Below, piece by piece: positions 43,076 to 52,593 of a DNA stretch of 64,000 nt (positions within the stretch are counted from its first letter, which is position 1; every line of letters begins with the position of its first letter). The translations under genes and the position numbers were made by a program. Source of the DNA: an uncultured cyanobacterium (lineage in GTDB: Bacteria; Cyanobacteriota; Cyanobacteriia; Cyanobacteriales; Nostocaceae). The stretch is taken from positions 4,480,001 to 4,544,000 of the forward strand of contig OY970166.1 in assembly GCA_963706595.1 (NCBI GenBank). The letters are read 5' to 3'. The notes under the pieces were generated by a model that had not been told where the DNA came from, did not search any database, and saw only the letters and a list, made by a program, of their open reading frames with translations.

Positions 43076-43633
43076 ATGACTATAGAACGAGTCCGTGAAA
43101 TACACTATCCCAAAGCTGATATTGGGCGGCGAGGAATGGCATTAGGGCTAGATTTCCTGGGTGCATGGTTAATCAGTTCTATATTGGGAGGCAATCAAAT
43201 CGGTATCCAGTGGGTGCAAATTCTCGTGTTTCTGTTCTGCTGGGTGATTTTTCGCATACTGGTAGTTTACAACAATCAAGGGCAGAGCTTAGGGCGTTGG
43301 GCTTTTGACCTGAAAATTCTCGAAGTCAGCAATGGCGAAATTACAGGCAGAATCCCCACCTTGCGATCGCTGCTCAAACGAGAAGCTATAATCGGATTTG
43401 GTGCGCTTTTGGTGTCAATTGCCCTGGGCAACATCAGAGCTAACCCCACTGCTATACTGCTATTAATTCCCCTAGCCATTGATTGTGGCGCTGCTTTGTC
43501 TGACAAGCAGATGCAGCAAGCCCTACACGACCGCTACGGTGGTACTTTCATAGTTTCGTCGCGCCGGGGCTACTCGCTAGATATAAAGATTAAGCGATTA
43601 GTTGCAAAAATGCGCCGAAGTGTGAGAAGATAG
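43076..43633 (+). CDS. RDD family membrane protein
   Basis: RRGMA..LD, GQSLGRW, QALHDR. Confidence 0.85.
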   Translation: MTIERVREIHYPKADIGRRGMALGLDFLGAWLISSILGGNQIGIQWVQILVFLFCWVIFRILVVYNNQGQSLGRWAFDLKILEVSNGEITGRIPTLRSLLKREAIIGFGALLVSIALGNIRANPTAILLLIPLAIDCGAALSDKQMQQALHDRYGGTFIVSSRRGYSLDIKIKRLVAKMRRSVRR

Positions 43634-43677
43634 TAATTTGTGTTAATTTCTCTTCAGGCTTCACTGTTTGTAAGATT

Positions 43678-43872
43678 ATGGCTAAGAGTAAAGGTGCGCG
43701 TATAATAATGACACTCGAATGTACAGAGTGTCGGACTAACCCAGACAAGCGTTCTCCTGGTGTTTCCAGATATACCAGCACCAAGAACCGTCGCAACACG
43801 ACCAACCGTGTAGAACTGAGAAAGTTCTGTACACACTGCAACAAACATACTGTTCACAAGGAAATTAAGTAA
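43678..43872 (+). CDS. rpmG: 50S ribosomal protein L33
   Basis: LECTEC...[29 protein letters not shown]. Confidence 0.97.
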   Translation: MAKSKGARIIMTLECTECRTNPDKRSPGVSRYTSTKNRRNTTNRVELRKFCTHCNKHTVHKEIK

Positions 43873-43874
43873 AG

Positions 43875-44090
43875 ATGAGTTACTATCGTCGTCGCCTGTC
43901 TCCCATTAAGCCAGGAGACCCCATTGATTACAAAGATGTTGATTTGTTGCGTAAGTTTATCACCGAACGGGGCAAAATATTACCACGTCGGATTACTGGG
44001 CTTACCTGTAAGCAACAGCGAGATTTGACATTAGCAATTAAACGGGCGCGGATTGTGGCATTATTGCCATTTGTTAATGCGGAAGCTTAA
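43875..44090 (+). CDS. rpsR: 30S ribosomal protein S18
   Basis: [26 protein letters not shown]. Confidence 0.98.
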   Translation: MSYYRRRLSPIKPGDPIDYKDVDLLRKFITERGKILPRRITGLTCKQQRDLTLAIKRARIVALLPFVNAEA

Positions 44091-44103
44091 GAAAAAGTCA
44101 CTC

Positions 44104-44285
44104 AATTTTGGATTTTAGATTTTAGATTTTAGATTGACTTCATACCTGAAGGTAGATGCTCAAAATCTAGAATTTAGGATTTGGGATTTGGGATTTTAAA
44201 TTTGTGCCATGAATTAAATCAGTGGCTTCAAACCTGTTTAAATTTTGATTTTTCAATCCAAAATCCAAAATTTAAAATCTAAAAT
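44104..44285. repeat. Inverted heptamer arrays (TTTTAGA/TTTTGGA ... AAAATCC/AAAATCT)
   Basis: Directly visible between rpsR and rnb. Confidence 0.75.
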
Positions 44286-44364
44286 GAGGTGATGAGTTAA
44301 GAATCAAAACTCCTAACTCTGAACTTAAAACTATAAAAAATGTTCACCAATAATTGCGAGAGTT

Positions 44365-46449
44365 GTGGATAAGGGTACGCTAGTTGAATTTAGGGTTCAA
44401 GGCGACAATCCTGCGGATAGGCTACGCCAACGCCGTCTGGGAGTAGTAGACCGCCCGGACGGCAAAACCCGTTGGTTTGTGGTAGATGAACGTGGTCAAT
44501 CTCACAGCCTCGCGCCTAGACAAATTAGTTATACAGTTAACGGACAAACCTATAAACCCTCGGAAATTAGCAGTTTTCAAGGGCAGGTTCAACCTTATAT
44601 AGATCCCTCTAGTCTGGAAGTAGCTTGGGAATTACTGGTTGAGGATGGAGAAACAGTCACGCCAGCCCAAATGGCGACTCTGCTGTTTTCCGAATCAGAA
44701 GCGGCTGCTTGTTATGCTGCCCATTGCTTGTTATCAGAAGACAAACTGTATTTCAAGCAAAAAGGAGAAGCTTATGAACCACGAACGGCGGCGCAGGTAG
44801 CAGAACTCAAACACCAGACAGAAGTCAAGGCACTGAAAGCCAAGGGACAAGAGGAATTTTTATCTCGCGTAGAGCAAGCCCTCCAGGGAGAAGCGGTGGA
44901 ATGGCAACGCCACGACCGCCAGCGATTAGAAGCACTGGAAAAATACGCAGCATTGCTGGCTGATGTGGTGCGAATGGGAGTAAATTATGATACTCTCGCC
45001 CGTGCCTATCCGCCGCCAGCCCCAGTGTTAGAAACAATGAATATGCTGGGTCGTCCGGCAACTCCTCCAGGAGCCTTTCAGTTATTAATAGACTTAGCTT
45101 GGTGGGATGCCCATGAAAACTTGTTTGTGCGTCGTTCGTCAATTCCGGTTCAGTTTCCTAGCAAGGTATTAGAAGTGGCGCAACAGCGTTTGGATTTCCC
45201 CCCAACTGACTTAGATACAAATCGCCTAGATTTGTCTCATTTAAAGGTCTATACAATTGATGATGAAAGCACTACGGAGATAGACGATGGTCTAAGTTGG
45301 GAATTACTTCCAGATGGGCGAGAACGGTTATGGGTGCATATTGCTGATCCTACCCGGTGGTTAGTGCCAGACGATGAATTAGACCTGGAAGCCAGAAAAC
45401 GGGGCAGTACAGTATATTTACCGACGGGCATGGTTCCCATGTTCCCGGAATTATTGGCAACTGGTCCCATGAGCTTGGTACAGGGAAGGATTTCTTGCGC
45501 CTTGAGTTTTGGGGTGGTTTTAGATGAAACTGGGTGTGTGGAAGATTACACCATTCATCCTAGTTTTATTAAGCCGACTTATCGCCTCACCTACGAAGAT
45601 GTGAATGAGATGTTGGAATTGGGTGTGGAAGCAGAACCAGAAATTGAGGCGATCGCTAACTGGGCAAAGCAGCGCAAATCTTGGCGGTATAATCAAGGAG
45701 CCATCAGTATCAATATGCCGGAGGCGACGATCAAAGTCAAAAATGACCAGATCGATATTGATATTTTAGATGATTCCTCATCACGGCAATTGGTAGCAGA
45801 AATGATGATTATGGCGGGTGAAGTAGCCGCCCGTTATGGTCAAGCTCACAATATACCTCTGCCCTTTCGTGGTCAACCCCAACCAGAATTACCCCCAGAC
45901 GAAGAATTACTTTTACTCCCAGCCGGATTTGTTCGCTCCTGCGCCATGCGTCGTTGTATGCCCAAGAGTGAAATGAGTATCACGCCTTTACGCCATGCTG
46001 GTTTAGGTTTAAATACATACACTCAGGCAACTTCCCCTATTCGCCGTTACAGTGACTTACTGACTCACTTCCAGTTAAAAGCCCACTTACGGGGTGAGAG
46101 TTTGCCCTTTACAGCCGACCAACTCCGAGAAGTGATGATGACAGTCACCTCTACCACCCAAGAAGTGACAATGGTAGAACGGCAAACTAATAGATATTGG
46201 GCTTTAGAATATTTGCGCCGTCATCCCGACCAAGTTTGGGACGTGACAGTGTTAATGTGGCTACGAGAAGACAGCAACTTGGCACTAATTTTATTAGAAG
46301 ATTTAGGCTTACAGTTGCCGATGTTCTTTAAACGTTCTGTAGGATTAGGAGAACAGGTATTAGTCAAAGTTAGTCACGCTGACCCGCAAAAAGATATGAT
46401 TCAGTTTCAGGAAATCATTTATCAAGAAAGCCATCAAGCAACAAATTAA
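44365..46449 (+). CDS. Ribonuclease II/R (RNB domain)
   Basis: TIDDESTTEIDDGLS, VHIADP, TVYLP, HAGLG...YTQATSPIRRYSDL. Confidence 0.93.
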   Translation: MDKGTLVEFRVQGDNPADRLRQRRLGVVDRPDGKTRWFVVDERGQSHSLAPRQISYTVNGQTYKPSEISSFQGQVQPYIDPSSLEVAWELLVEDGETVTPAQMATLLFSESEAAACYAAHCLLSEDKLYFKQKGEAYEPRTAAQVAELKHQTEVKALKAKGQEEFLSRVEQALQGEAVEWQRHDRQRLEALEKYAALLADVVRMGVNYDTLARAYPPPAPVLETMNMLGRPATPPGAFQLLIDLAWWDAHENLFVRRSSIPVQFPSKVLEVAQQRLDFPPTDLDTNRLDLSHLKVYTIDDESTTEIDDGLSWELLPDGRERLWVHIADPTRWLVPDDELDLEARKRGSTVYLPTGMVPMFPELLATGPMSLVQGRISCALSFGVVLDETGCVEDYTIHPSFIKPTYRLTYEDVNEMLELGVEAEPEIEAIANWAKQRKSWRYNQGAISINMPEATIKVKNDQIDIDILDDSSSRQLVAEMMIMAGEVAARYGQAHNIPLPFRGQPQPELPPDEELLLLPAGFVRSCAMRRCMPKSEMSITPLRHAGLGLNTYTQATSPIRRYSDLLTHFQLKAHLRGESLPFTADQLREVMMTVTSTTQEVTMVERQTNRYWALEYLRRHPDQVWDVTVLMWLREDSNLALILLEDLGLQLPMFFKRSVGLGEQVLVKVSHADPQKDMIQFQEIIYQESHQATN

Positions 46450-46566
46450 CTGTTGGGAATAATGGGGAGATTAATACTTCGTTAATGACTAAAGCATCAG
46501 AGTTAGTTTTACAGATAACAAGCTGATCAGGCTGGTTATTTGTAAAATAATCTAAAATTCTTTAGT

Positions 46567-46806
46567 ATGAGGAATTGTCAGATGAACGCTCATAAAATCG
46601 AAGTTATTTTAACTGAATATGGAACTTTGACATTGCAAGGTTTACCCTTTCATGCTGGCGAAGCTGTGGAAGTAATAATTTTGTCAGCTAAAACGCTACA
46701 AAATCAAGCAGATAAAAATCTTTATCCTTTGCATGACACACAGCCATATCAGTATGATGACCCCACAGAAACTGTTGCTTTAGAAGATTGGGAAGTTTTG
46801 CAATGA
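46567..46806 (+). CDS. Small antitoxin-like protein
   Basis: GTLTLQGLPF.AGE.VEVII...YDDP.E.VA.EDWE; stop overlaps the ATG of a PIN-like stub. Confidence 0.55.
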   Translation: MRNCQMNAHKIEVILTEYGTLTLQGLPFHAGEAVEVIILSAKTLQNQADKNLYPLHDTQPYQYDDPTETVALEDWEVLQ

Positions 46807-46889
46807 TTGTACTTGACACTATTTACAAGCTTCTGGACAAAAAAAATGTAGAGACGTTGTATACAACGTCTCTAGAAAAATTAATCTAG
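46803..46889 (+). pseudogene. Truncated VapC/PIN toxin stub (MIVLDT...)
   Basis: ATGA overlap with the upstream ORF; MIVLDT is a typical PIN start, after which the frame runs into a REP palindrome and stops. Confidence 0.5.
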
Positions 46890-47087
46890 GAAAAATATTG
46901 TAACTCAATACTGTTCGGTTAACAATATTTGCACATTGGAGATCCCCCTAAATCCCACTTCTGAAGGGGGACTTTGAGGACTTTAGCCCCCCTTTTCCTA
47001 CGCCGAAGGCGCGTTTAGGGTGGTTGGGGGGATTGCCTACGGCACGCTACGCGAACAAAACCTTAACCGAAAAGTATTGTATTTCAA

Positions 47088-48689
47088 TTAACTAGCGATC
47101 GCCTCAGTTTTTTCCTCAACTTTTTTAGCCGGTACGGGTACATAAGGTTCTTCTTTTCCTTGTGCCAAATATGCAGCCACCTGGCTTTCAATTTGCTCGC
47201 GGACAATTTGGCGATACTCTAGAAAATGCTCGTTGTGAGCGCAGACAGAGATATAATGCTCCAGCACTCCTGGGTTACGCTTGAGGATACTAAACAAGTG
47301 ATGCCAGAATTTCCAGCGAGTCTCGCGTTTAATACCTTGTCGCCAAATTACGATCAGTAACGCCTTCACAACTATCCATTCCGGCATTTTGGAAGGTGCT
47401 TTCCATTTTGGCAAACCCATCATCAAGAAACAGCGATAGGTACGATCCAAATAGTTGACAGGATCATATAAAGTGCAGAACGCCTCAATATATTCTCTGC
47501 CAATATCTTCTAAAGGACGGGTAGGAAGAAAATTCATCAACGTTGTTTGGTTGATGTTACCATCTTGATTTTCCCGCAGTCGTCCTTCTCTTTTCAGACG
47601 ATGCCATAATGCTGTGTTGGGTAAAGCTTGCAACATGGCGAAGGTAGTAGAGGGGATTCCCGCTTCTTCTGCAAATTTGACAATGCGATCGCCTGCACCT
47701 GCTTTTTCGCCATCAAACCCAATAATAAACCCAGCCATTGGCCGCAATCCAGCCTTAATAATGGTTTGCACTGCATCGGCGAGGGAACTGCGGGTATTTT
47801 GAAACTTCTTCGTTAATTGCAGACTATCTTCATCCGGGGTTTCAATACCTAAGAACACCGCAGAGAAGCCAGACTCAACCATCAATTCCAGCATTTCTGG
47901 ATCTTGTGCCAAATCCACAGAAGCTTCAGTATCAAAGCGGAAAGGATATTGATGTTCTTCCATCCAGACTTTCAACTCTCTCAGCAACAATTTCACATTG
48001 CGCTTGTTACCAATAAAGTTGTCATCCACCATAAACACACCCCGCCGCCAACCCAACTCATACAGACAATCTAACTCTGCTAATAGTTGTGCAGGGGTTT
48101 TGGTGCGTGGCTTGCGTCCGTAGAGAACAATAATGTCACAAAATTCGCACTGGAAAGGACACCCACGCGAAAACTGTACCGACATCATGTCATAAGCATT
48201 CAACTCTAATAAATCAAAGCGGGGAATTGGTGTACTGGTGACATCTGGTTTCTCTGTGGCGCGGAAAACACCAGAAGTTTCACCCCGTTGTAGTGCCTCA
48301 ATAAACATGGGTAGGGTGAGTTCCCCTTCATCGAGAATCAGGAAGTCTGCACCGACATTTTCCACTTCATGAGGGACAGAAGTAGGATAAGGACCACCCA
48401 CAGCAACTAACTTACCACGTCGTTTTGCCTCTTGAATTTGCCCTAACAAATCTTCCTTCTGGACAATCATCGCGGACAGAATTACCACATCTGCCCAAGC
48501 CCATTCTTCTTCCGTGATGGCGCGAATGTTGCGGTCAACCAGCTTGAACTCCCATTCTTGGGGCAGAATTGCCGCTACGGTCACTAAACCCAAGGGTGGT
48601 AACAAAACCTTGCGATCAACTAACTCTAGGATTTTCTCATAAGACCAAAAGGTTTTGGGAAATATTGGATATACCAGTAAGATTCGCAT
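47088..48689 (-). CDS. B12-binding radical SAM protein (DUF4070-type C-terminus)
   Basis: PPLGL, GGPY, SRGCPFQCEFC, VDDNFIGN, GFIIGFD. Confidence 0.9.
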   Translation of the reverse strand: MRILLVYPIFPKTFWSYEKILELVDRKVLLPPLGLVTVAAILPQEWEFKLVDRNIRAITEEEWAWADVVILSAMIVQKEDLLGQIQEAKRRGKLVAVGGPYPTSVPHEVENVGADFLILDEGELTLPMFIEALQRGETSGVFRATEKPDVTSTPIPRFDLLELNAYDMMSVQFSRGCPFQCEFCDIIVLYGRKPRTKTPAQLLAELDCLYELGWRRGVFMVDDNFIGNKRNVKLLLRELKVWMEEHQYPFRFDTEASVDLAQDPEMLELMVESGFSAVFLGIETPDEDSLQLTKKFQNTRSSLADAVQTIIKAGLRPMAGFIIGFDGEKAGAGDRIVKFAEEAGIPSTTFAMLQALPNTALWHRLKREGRLRENQDGNINQTTLMNFLPTRPLEDIGREYIEAFCTLYDPVNYLDRTYRCFLMMGLPKWKAPSKMPEWIVVKALLIVIWRQGIKRETRWKFWHHLFSILKRNPGVLEHYISVCAHNEHFLEYRQIVREQIESQVAAYLAQGKEEPYVPVPAKKVEEKTEAIAS

Positions 48690-49229
48690 ATAGTATTAAT
48701 CCTCACACTGTGATTGTTATCCCAACTTTAACGAAAATTAAGACTTATTGACTTTTTCTTAAATTTGCTTCAGTTTACCGTGATTTTTTTGACTTGGCAA
48801 TTATACTACAGTGACCTGATAGCCAAGTTTTCTGTTCCAATCAAGAATTTAATTATTGCAGAGGTTGTTTGGAATTGTAGGCGATCGCATTCAGCCTGAC
48901 CTAGTAACCACTCACTCATAGCACATTATTTGACATTTTTGCTCAGAAAAATTAGATACTTACAATAAGTAATAGCATTATTTGGTTACAAAGAGCGTTA
49001 TGAAACGCGAAGCTTAAACAATCGGTTTTTTCCATCTAAACTGCTTGCCAAAGCCAGAAAGCTCAATGAAAGTAGCGAATCATTTAATGATTTAAGCTGC
49101 TGTGCTTACTTGTGGAAAATAGCGTAAATATAGCAACCGCTAAGGTGATTTTGGGTAATTTGTCAAACATGATGTGATTTCCTTTTGCTAAAAAACCTGA
49201 CATTAAGGAGGTAAAGTTCAACTTACGTC

Positions 49230-49258
49230 TTGACATTGTTGTATTAATCTTCTAAACT
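49230..49258 (+). promoter_or_regulatory. Sigma70-type promoter for the QueC-like operon
   Basis: TTGACA (49230-35), 17-bp spacer, TAAACT (49253-58); GGAGG RBS at 49285-89 before ATG 49297. Confidence 0.65.
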
Positions 49259-49296
49259 CGTTGTATAAGCAGGGTTTCAGCATTGGAGGTCGAACC

Positions 49297-49920
49297 ATGC
49301 CTGACGGGGATATATTTCACGGGCTTTCAGGACTTTATCAGAAGCCATACAGAATCCTGTGTGAAGGAAAGTTTGAGCGCAACGAATGTGCCAGGATAAT
49401 GATGGAAGCCTTTTTAAAGGATCTCAAGAGGAAAGGTGCTGCTGCTATTGTGTTAGCCAAGCAGATGGGAGAACTCCTAACCCAAGAAATTCAAGACTCT
49501 GGTAATAATGAATCTATAGTTTGGGGCGATTTAAATAAAAAACTTGATAGATTCGTACAAACAGCCAACATACCAAATCGAACTAAGTCACTTGTCCTTG
49601 ATGCTGGAAAAAGTATTCTCCATGATTTACGTTATGGCCAGCAATTTGAAACCAGCACGATTGCAGAGGCTATAACAGAAGGATATATGCAAAAAGTGTA
49701 TGTATCAGAATTTGAGGGACGAATTCCACTCATTCCCAATCACCACGAAAAATTTGATATTTTAACTTTTACAGAGCGTGCAGAAGCAATAAGGAAAGAT
49801 ATTTTTGACCAGATCAGTAAATGGGCAAAAAAGGCGAATATAGATGATGATGTAGCCAAGCTAAAACGAAGTCGGCGATCGCAAGTTAAAGCAATAGACC
49901 TTGAGGAGGATCTGCTATGA
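49297..49920 (+). CDS. Hypothetical helical protein (MPDGDIF...), partner gene of the QueC-like enzyme
   Basis: RBS-supported ATG; its stop overlaps the next ATG (ATGA). Confidence 0.75.
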   Translation: MPDGDIFHGLSGLYQKPYRILCEGKFERNECARIMMEAFLKDLKRKGAAAIVLAKQMGELLTQEIQDSGNNESIVWGDLNKKLDRFVQTANIPNRTKSLVLDAGKSILHDLRYGQQFETSTIAEAITEGYMQKVYVSEFEGRIPLIPNHHEKFDILTFTERAEAIRKDIFDQISKWAKKANIDDDVAKLKRSRRSQVKAIDLEEDLL

Positions 49921-51362
49921 ACAACAGACCTTCGCTTCAGCAAAAATCTTATGAAAGTGATTACAGCGATTACACTTTGCATTTTCAAGCTGTGTCTAAT
50001 AATTATGGATCTGTGCTGTTTGTTGATCACTCTCAGAATAAGAAGCTAACTGTTGGTATTAATGTAGATGATATAGAGTTCAAATATAGGGTTAAGGAAG
50101 AGTTTCCAGCTATTGCTGCGGATCTCATTGACCTTGCTGTTGCAATCTATACTTCAGATCGTCTTGCACCTCAAAGTCTTACAGAGAAGCAGCGCCGCTT
50201 TCATGTGATCCTGCCAGTACGTCATCCAGAATTGCTGAGTGCTGAAACATTTCTCACAAAACTAGATGACTTGCTGAAATGGACAACTGATAGCGAATGG
50301 GTTTTCGACTTCCGAAAACGGATTGCGCCAGAACGCTTAGTTGAACACCCATCTCTTTCCATAGCGCCCCAAGGATGTGAGGTGACTTTATGGAGTGGTG
50401 GACTTGATGCTCTCGCAGGTTTGTACACTCGCCTTCTGAAGTATCCAGAAAAAAAGTTCGTTTTGTTTGGAACTGGCAGCAACAATAGTGTATATGCCCG
50501 CCAGAAAAGAGTATATGAGAAAATTGAATCTCTCTTCCCTGGTCGTTGCAATCTTTTCCGCGTCCCTGTCCGATTTGATCATAGTAGTGAGCAGCACAAA
50601 AACAAGCTTTCCCGTGCAAGGGGTGTTGTCTTCACTCTCCTTGGTGCTGCGTGTGCATACCTTATGGGGCAACAAATTCTTTATCTGTATGAAAACGGAA
50701 TTGGTGCAATCAACCTTCCATATCGTGAATCGGCTGTGGGGTTGGATCACTCTCGTTCTGTTCATCCTCTGACTTTGCTGATGGTAAGTGATGTTGTTTC
50801 TGAGCTTTTAGGAGAAGATTTTCAGGTAAAAAACCCATTTTTGTTTTGGACTAAAGCCGAAATGTGCAAGGCATTGGCTAAAAATGGGAGAGAGGATTTA
50901 CCACCTTTCACTATGTCCTGTGACAGTCCACATCGTCAAAAGCCAGTTCAATGTGGTTACTGCTCCTCTTGTATTTTAAGGCGACAATCTCTTGCAGCCA
51001 GTAGCATAAAAGATAGAACTCGCTATGTTGTCTTGCATGGAAAGCGTCCAGAGAAAGATCCGAGTTTATGTTTCCTGAATATGCAGGCACAGGTTCGCAC
51101 TCTTGACTCTTTGTTTACTGTCTCAGATACAACTTGGAAAAATCTGACTAAAAAGTTTCCTGATCTGGATGACATTGTTGATCGAACTGCTTTAGCAGAA
51201 AATTTATTGCCTGCTGATATGCGAATTCGTCTAATTCAACTCTATCAAAATTACGTTTCCGAATGGAATGCTGTGGAATCGCAGATTGTAGAGGGATTAT
51301 TAAATAAAGGTAGTTATCATAAGGCATCTAGCAGATACGTAGTCTCATCTCAACAAGGTTGA
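49917..51362 (+). CDS. QueC-family PP-loop protein of the defence-associated QatC/Cap9-like type
   Basis: DLIDLAVAIYTSDR, SGGLDA PP-loop, SRARG, YENGIGAINLP, SRSVHP, NPF..WTKAEM, SC...CGYCSSCILRR; 481 aa, about twice the length of housekeeping QueC. Confidence 0.85.
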   Translation: MNNRPSLQQKSYESDYSDYTLHFQAVSNNYGSVLFVDHSQNKKLTVGINVDDIEFKYRVKEEFPAIAADLIDLAVAIYTSDRLAPQSLTEKQRRFHVILPVRHPELLSAETFLTKLDDLLKWTTDSEWVFDFRKRIAPERLVEHPSLSIAPQGCEVTLWSGGLDALAGLYTRLLKYPEKKFVLFGTGSNNSVYARQKRVYEKIESLFPGRCNLFRVPVRFDHSSEQHKNKLSRARGVVFTLLGAACAYLMGQQILYLYENGIGAINLPYRESAVGLDHSRSVHPLTLLMVSDVVSELLGEDFQVKNPFLFWTKAEMCKALAKNGREDLPPFTMSCDSPHRQKPVQCGYCSSCILRRQSLAASSIKDRTRYVVLHGKRPEKDPSLCFLNMQAQVRTLDSLFTVSDTTWKNLTKKFPDLDDIVDRTALAENLLPADMRIRLIQLYQNYVSEWNAVESQIVEGLLNKGSYHKASSRYVVSSQQG

Positions 51363-51374
51363 GGGATAAACATT

Positions 51375-52584
51375 ATGGCTACCAACATCCTGGATAACAT
51401 CGACCTACGGATATTGGGTGAACTGCTGCAACAAGCACGGAAAAAGTGCGGGATGACTCAGGCTGATGCAGCTAAGGTGATTGATGCTGCACGTACTACT
51501 GTGATTGCTATTGAGAAAGGAGAACGCCGTCTCAAAGCAAATGAACTGATTAAACTTGCTCGTGCCTACGGACGTTCAGTGAGTGATTTCGTGCGATCGC
51601 GTCCTGTGGTACAACCTTTTGAGGTACAGTTTCGGGCAGTCTATCAACGCAGTCAAGAGCAACAGGCACAAATTGAGCCATTCATCCTTCATTTAGAGGA
51701 ATTGTGCCAAAATTATCTAGAACTTGAGAAGATTATGGACGCACCACTGCCGCATAATTATCCTCTTGAATATGAGGTAACAAATATGCCCATCAAGGCA
51801 GTCTGCGGAAAGTATAGCAGTTGCAGAGCGTCAACGGCTAGGACTGGGAGATGCGCCCATTTCCAGACTGCGGGACGTTCTAGAGCAAGATGTGGGTTTA
51901 CGTATCTTCTATTTGAAGATGCCACAAAAATACTCAGAAGTGTATAGTTACAACGAACAACTCGGCGGTTGCATGGCAATTAACGCCAATCACCCAGAGG
52001 AGCGGCGACGTTGGTCAATGGCGCATGGATACCTTCACTTTCTAGCACATCGACAAAAACCTGAATTTCACTATGATGGACAGTATCAAAGATTTCCTGA
52101 AAGTGAGCAATTAGCGGAAACTTTCCCCAAATATTTCTTAATGCCGACAAGTGGATTGCTCAAGCGGTTTAATGATATGTATCGTACACATGGCAAATTC
52201 ACTCCAACGAATTTGTTTACACTCGCTCATTACTACGGTGTTTCTGTAGAAGCACTTGTTTATCGGTTAGAAGAAATGGAACTTCTGCCTTCAGGAACTT
52301 GGGATAAATTACGAGATAGAGGTTTAAAAGTTAGAAAGGTACAGGAAGAACTTGGCTTAGAACAAATCCCCCAAAGGATTGATATGATGCCACTTCACTA
52401 TCAACATTTGGCAATTGAGGCATTCGATCAGGGTTTGATTACTGAAGGGCGTTTTGCTGATTTCCTTTGTGTTGACCGCTTAGAAGCCCGTCGCATTGCC
52501 GAAGCATTACGAGAGTATTCAAGCGGAATGATGGAGGAAGATACAGATTTTGATTTGCGACAAATAGAGATTGGTGGAAAGTGA
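51375..52584 (+). CDS. XRE HTH + ImmA/IrrE (peptidase M78-like) fusion; +1 frameshift near 51802; HExxH reads HGYLH
   Basis: LQQARKKCGMTQADAA...AIEKGERR HTH; VQFR; after the shift AESIAVAERQRLGLG.API, IN.NHPEERRRWSMAHGYLH, FLMP, YYGVS.EA..YRL. Confidence 0.85.
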
Positions 52585-52593
52585 GGACAATTT

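Noticed and set aside
49261..49296. TTG start given by the ORF track
   Set aside because: It lies right after the -10 box and upstream of the GGAGG RBS; ATG 49297 is better supported
49917..51362. Housekeeping queC, canonical QatABCD or type IV CBASS
   Set aside because: Too long for queuosine QueC and no other que genes are present; no KAP NTPase, TatD, CD-NTase or TGT is adjacent
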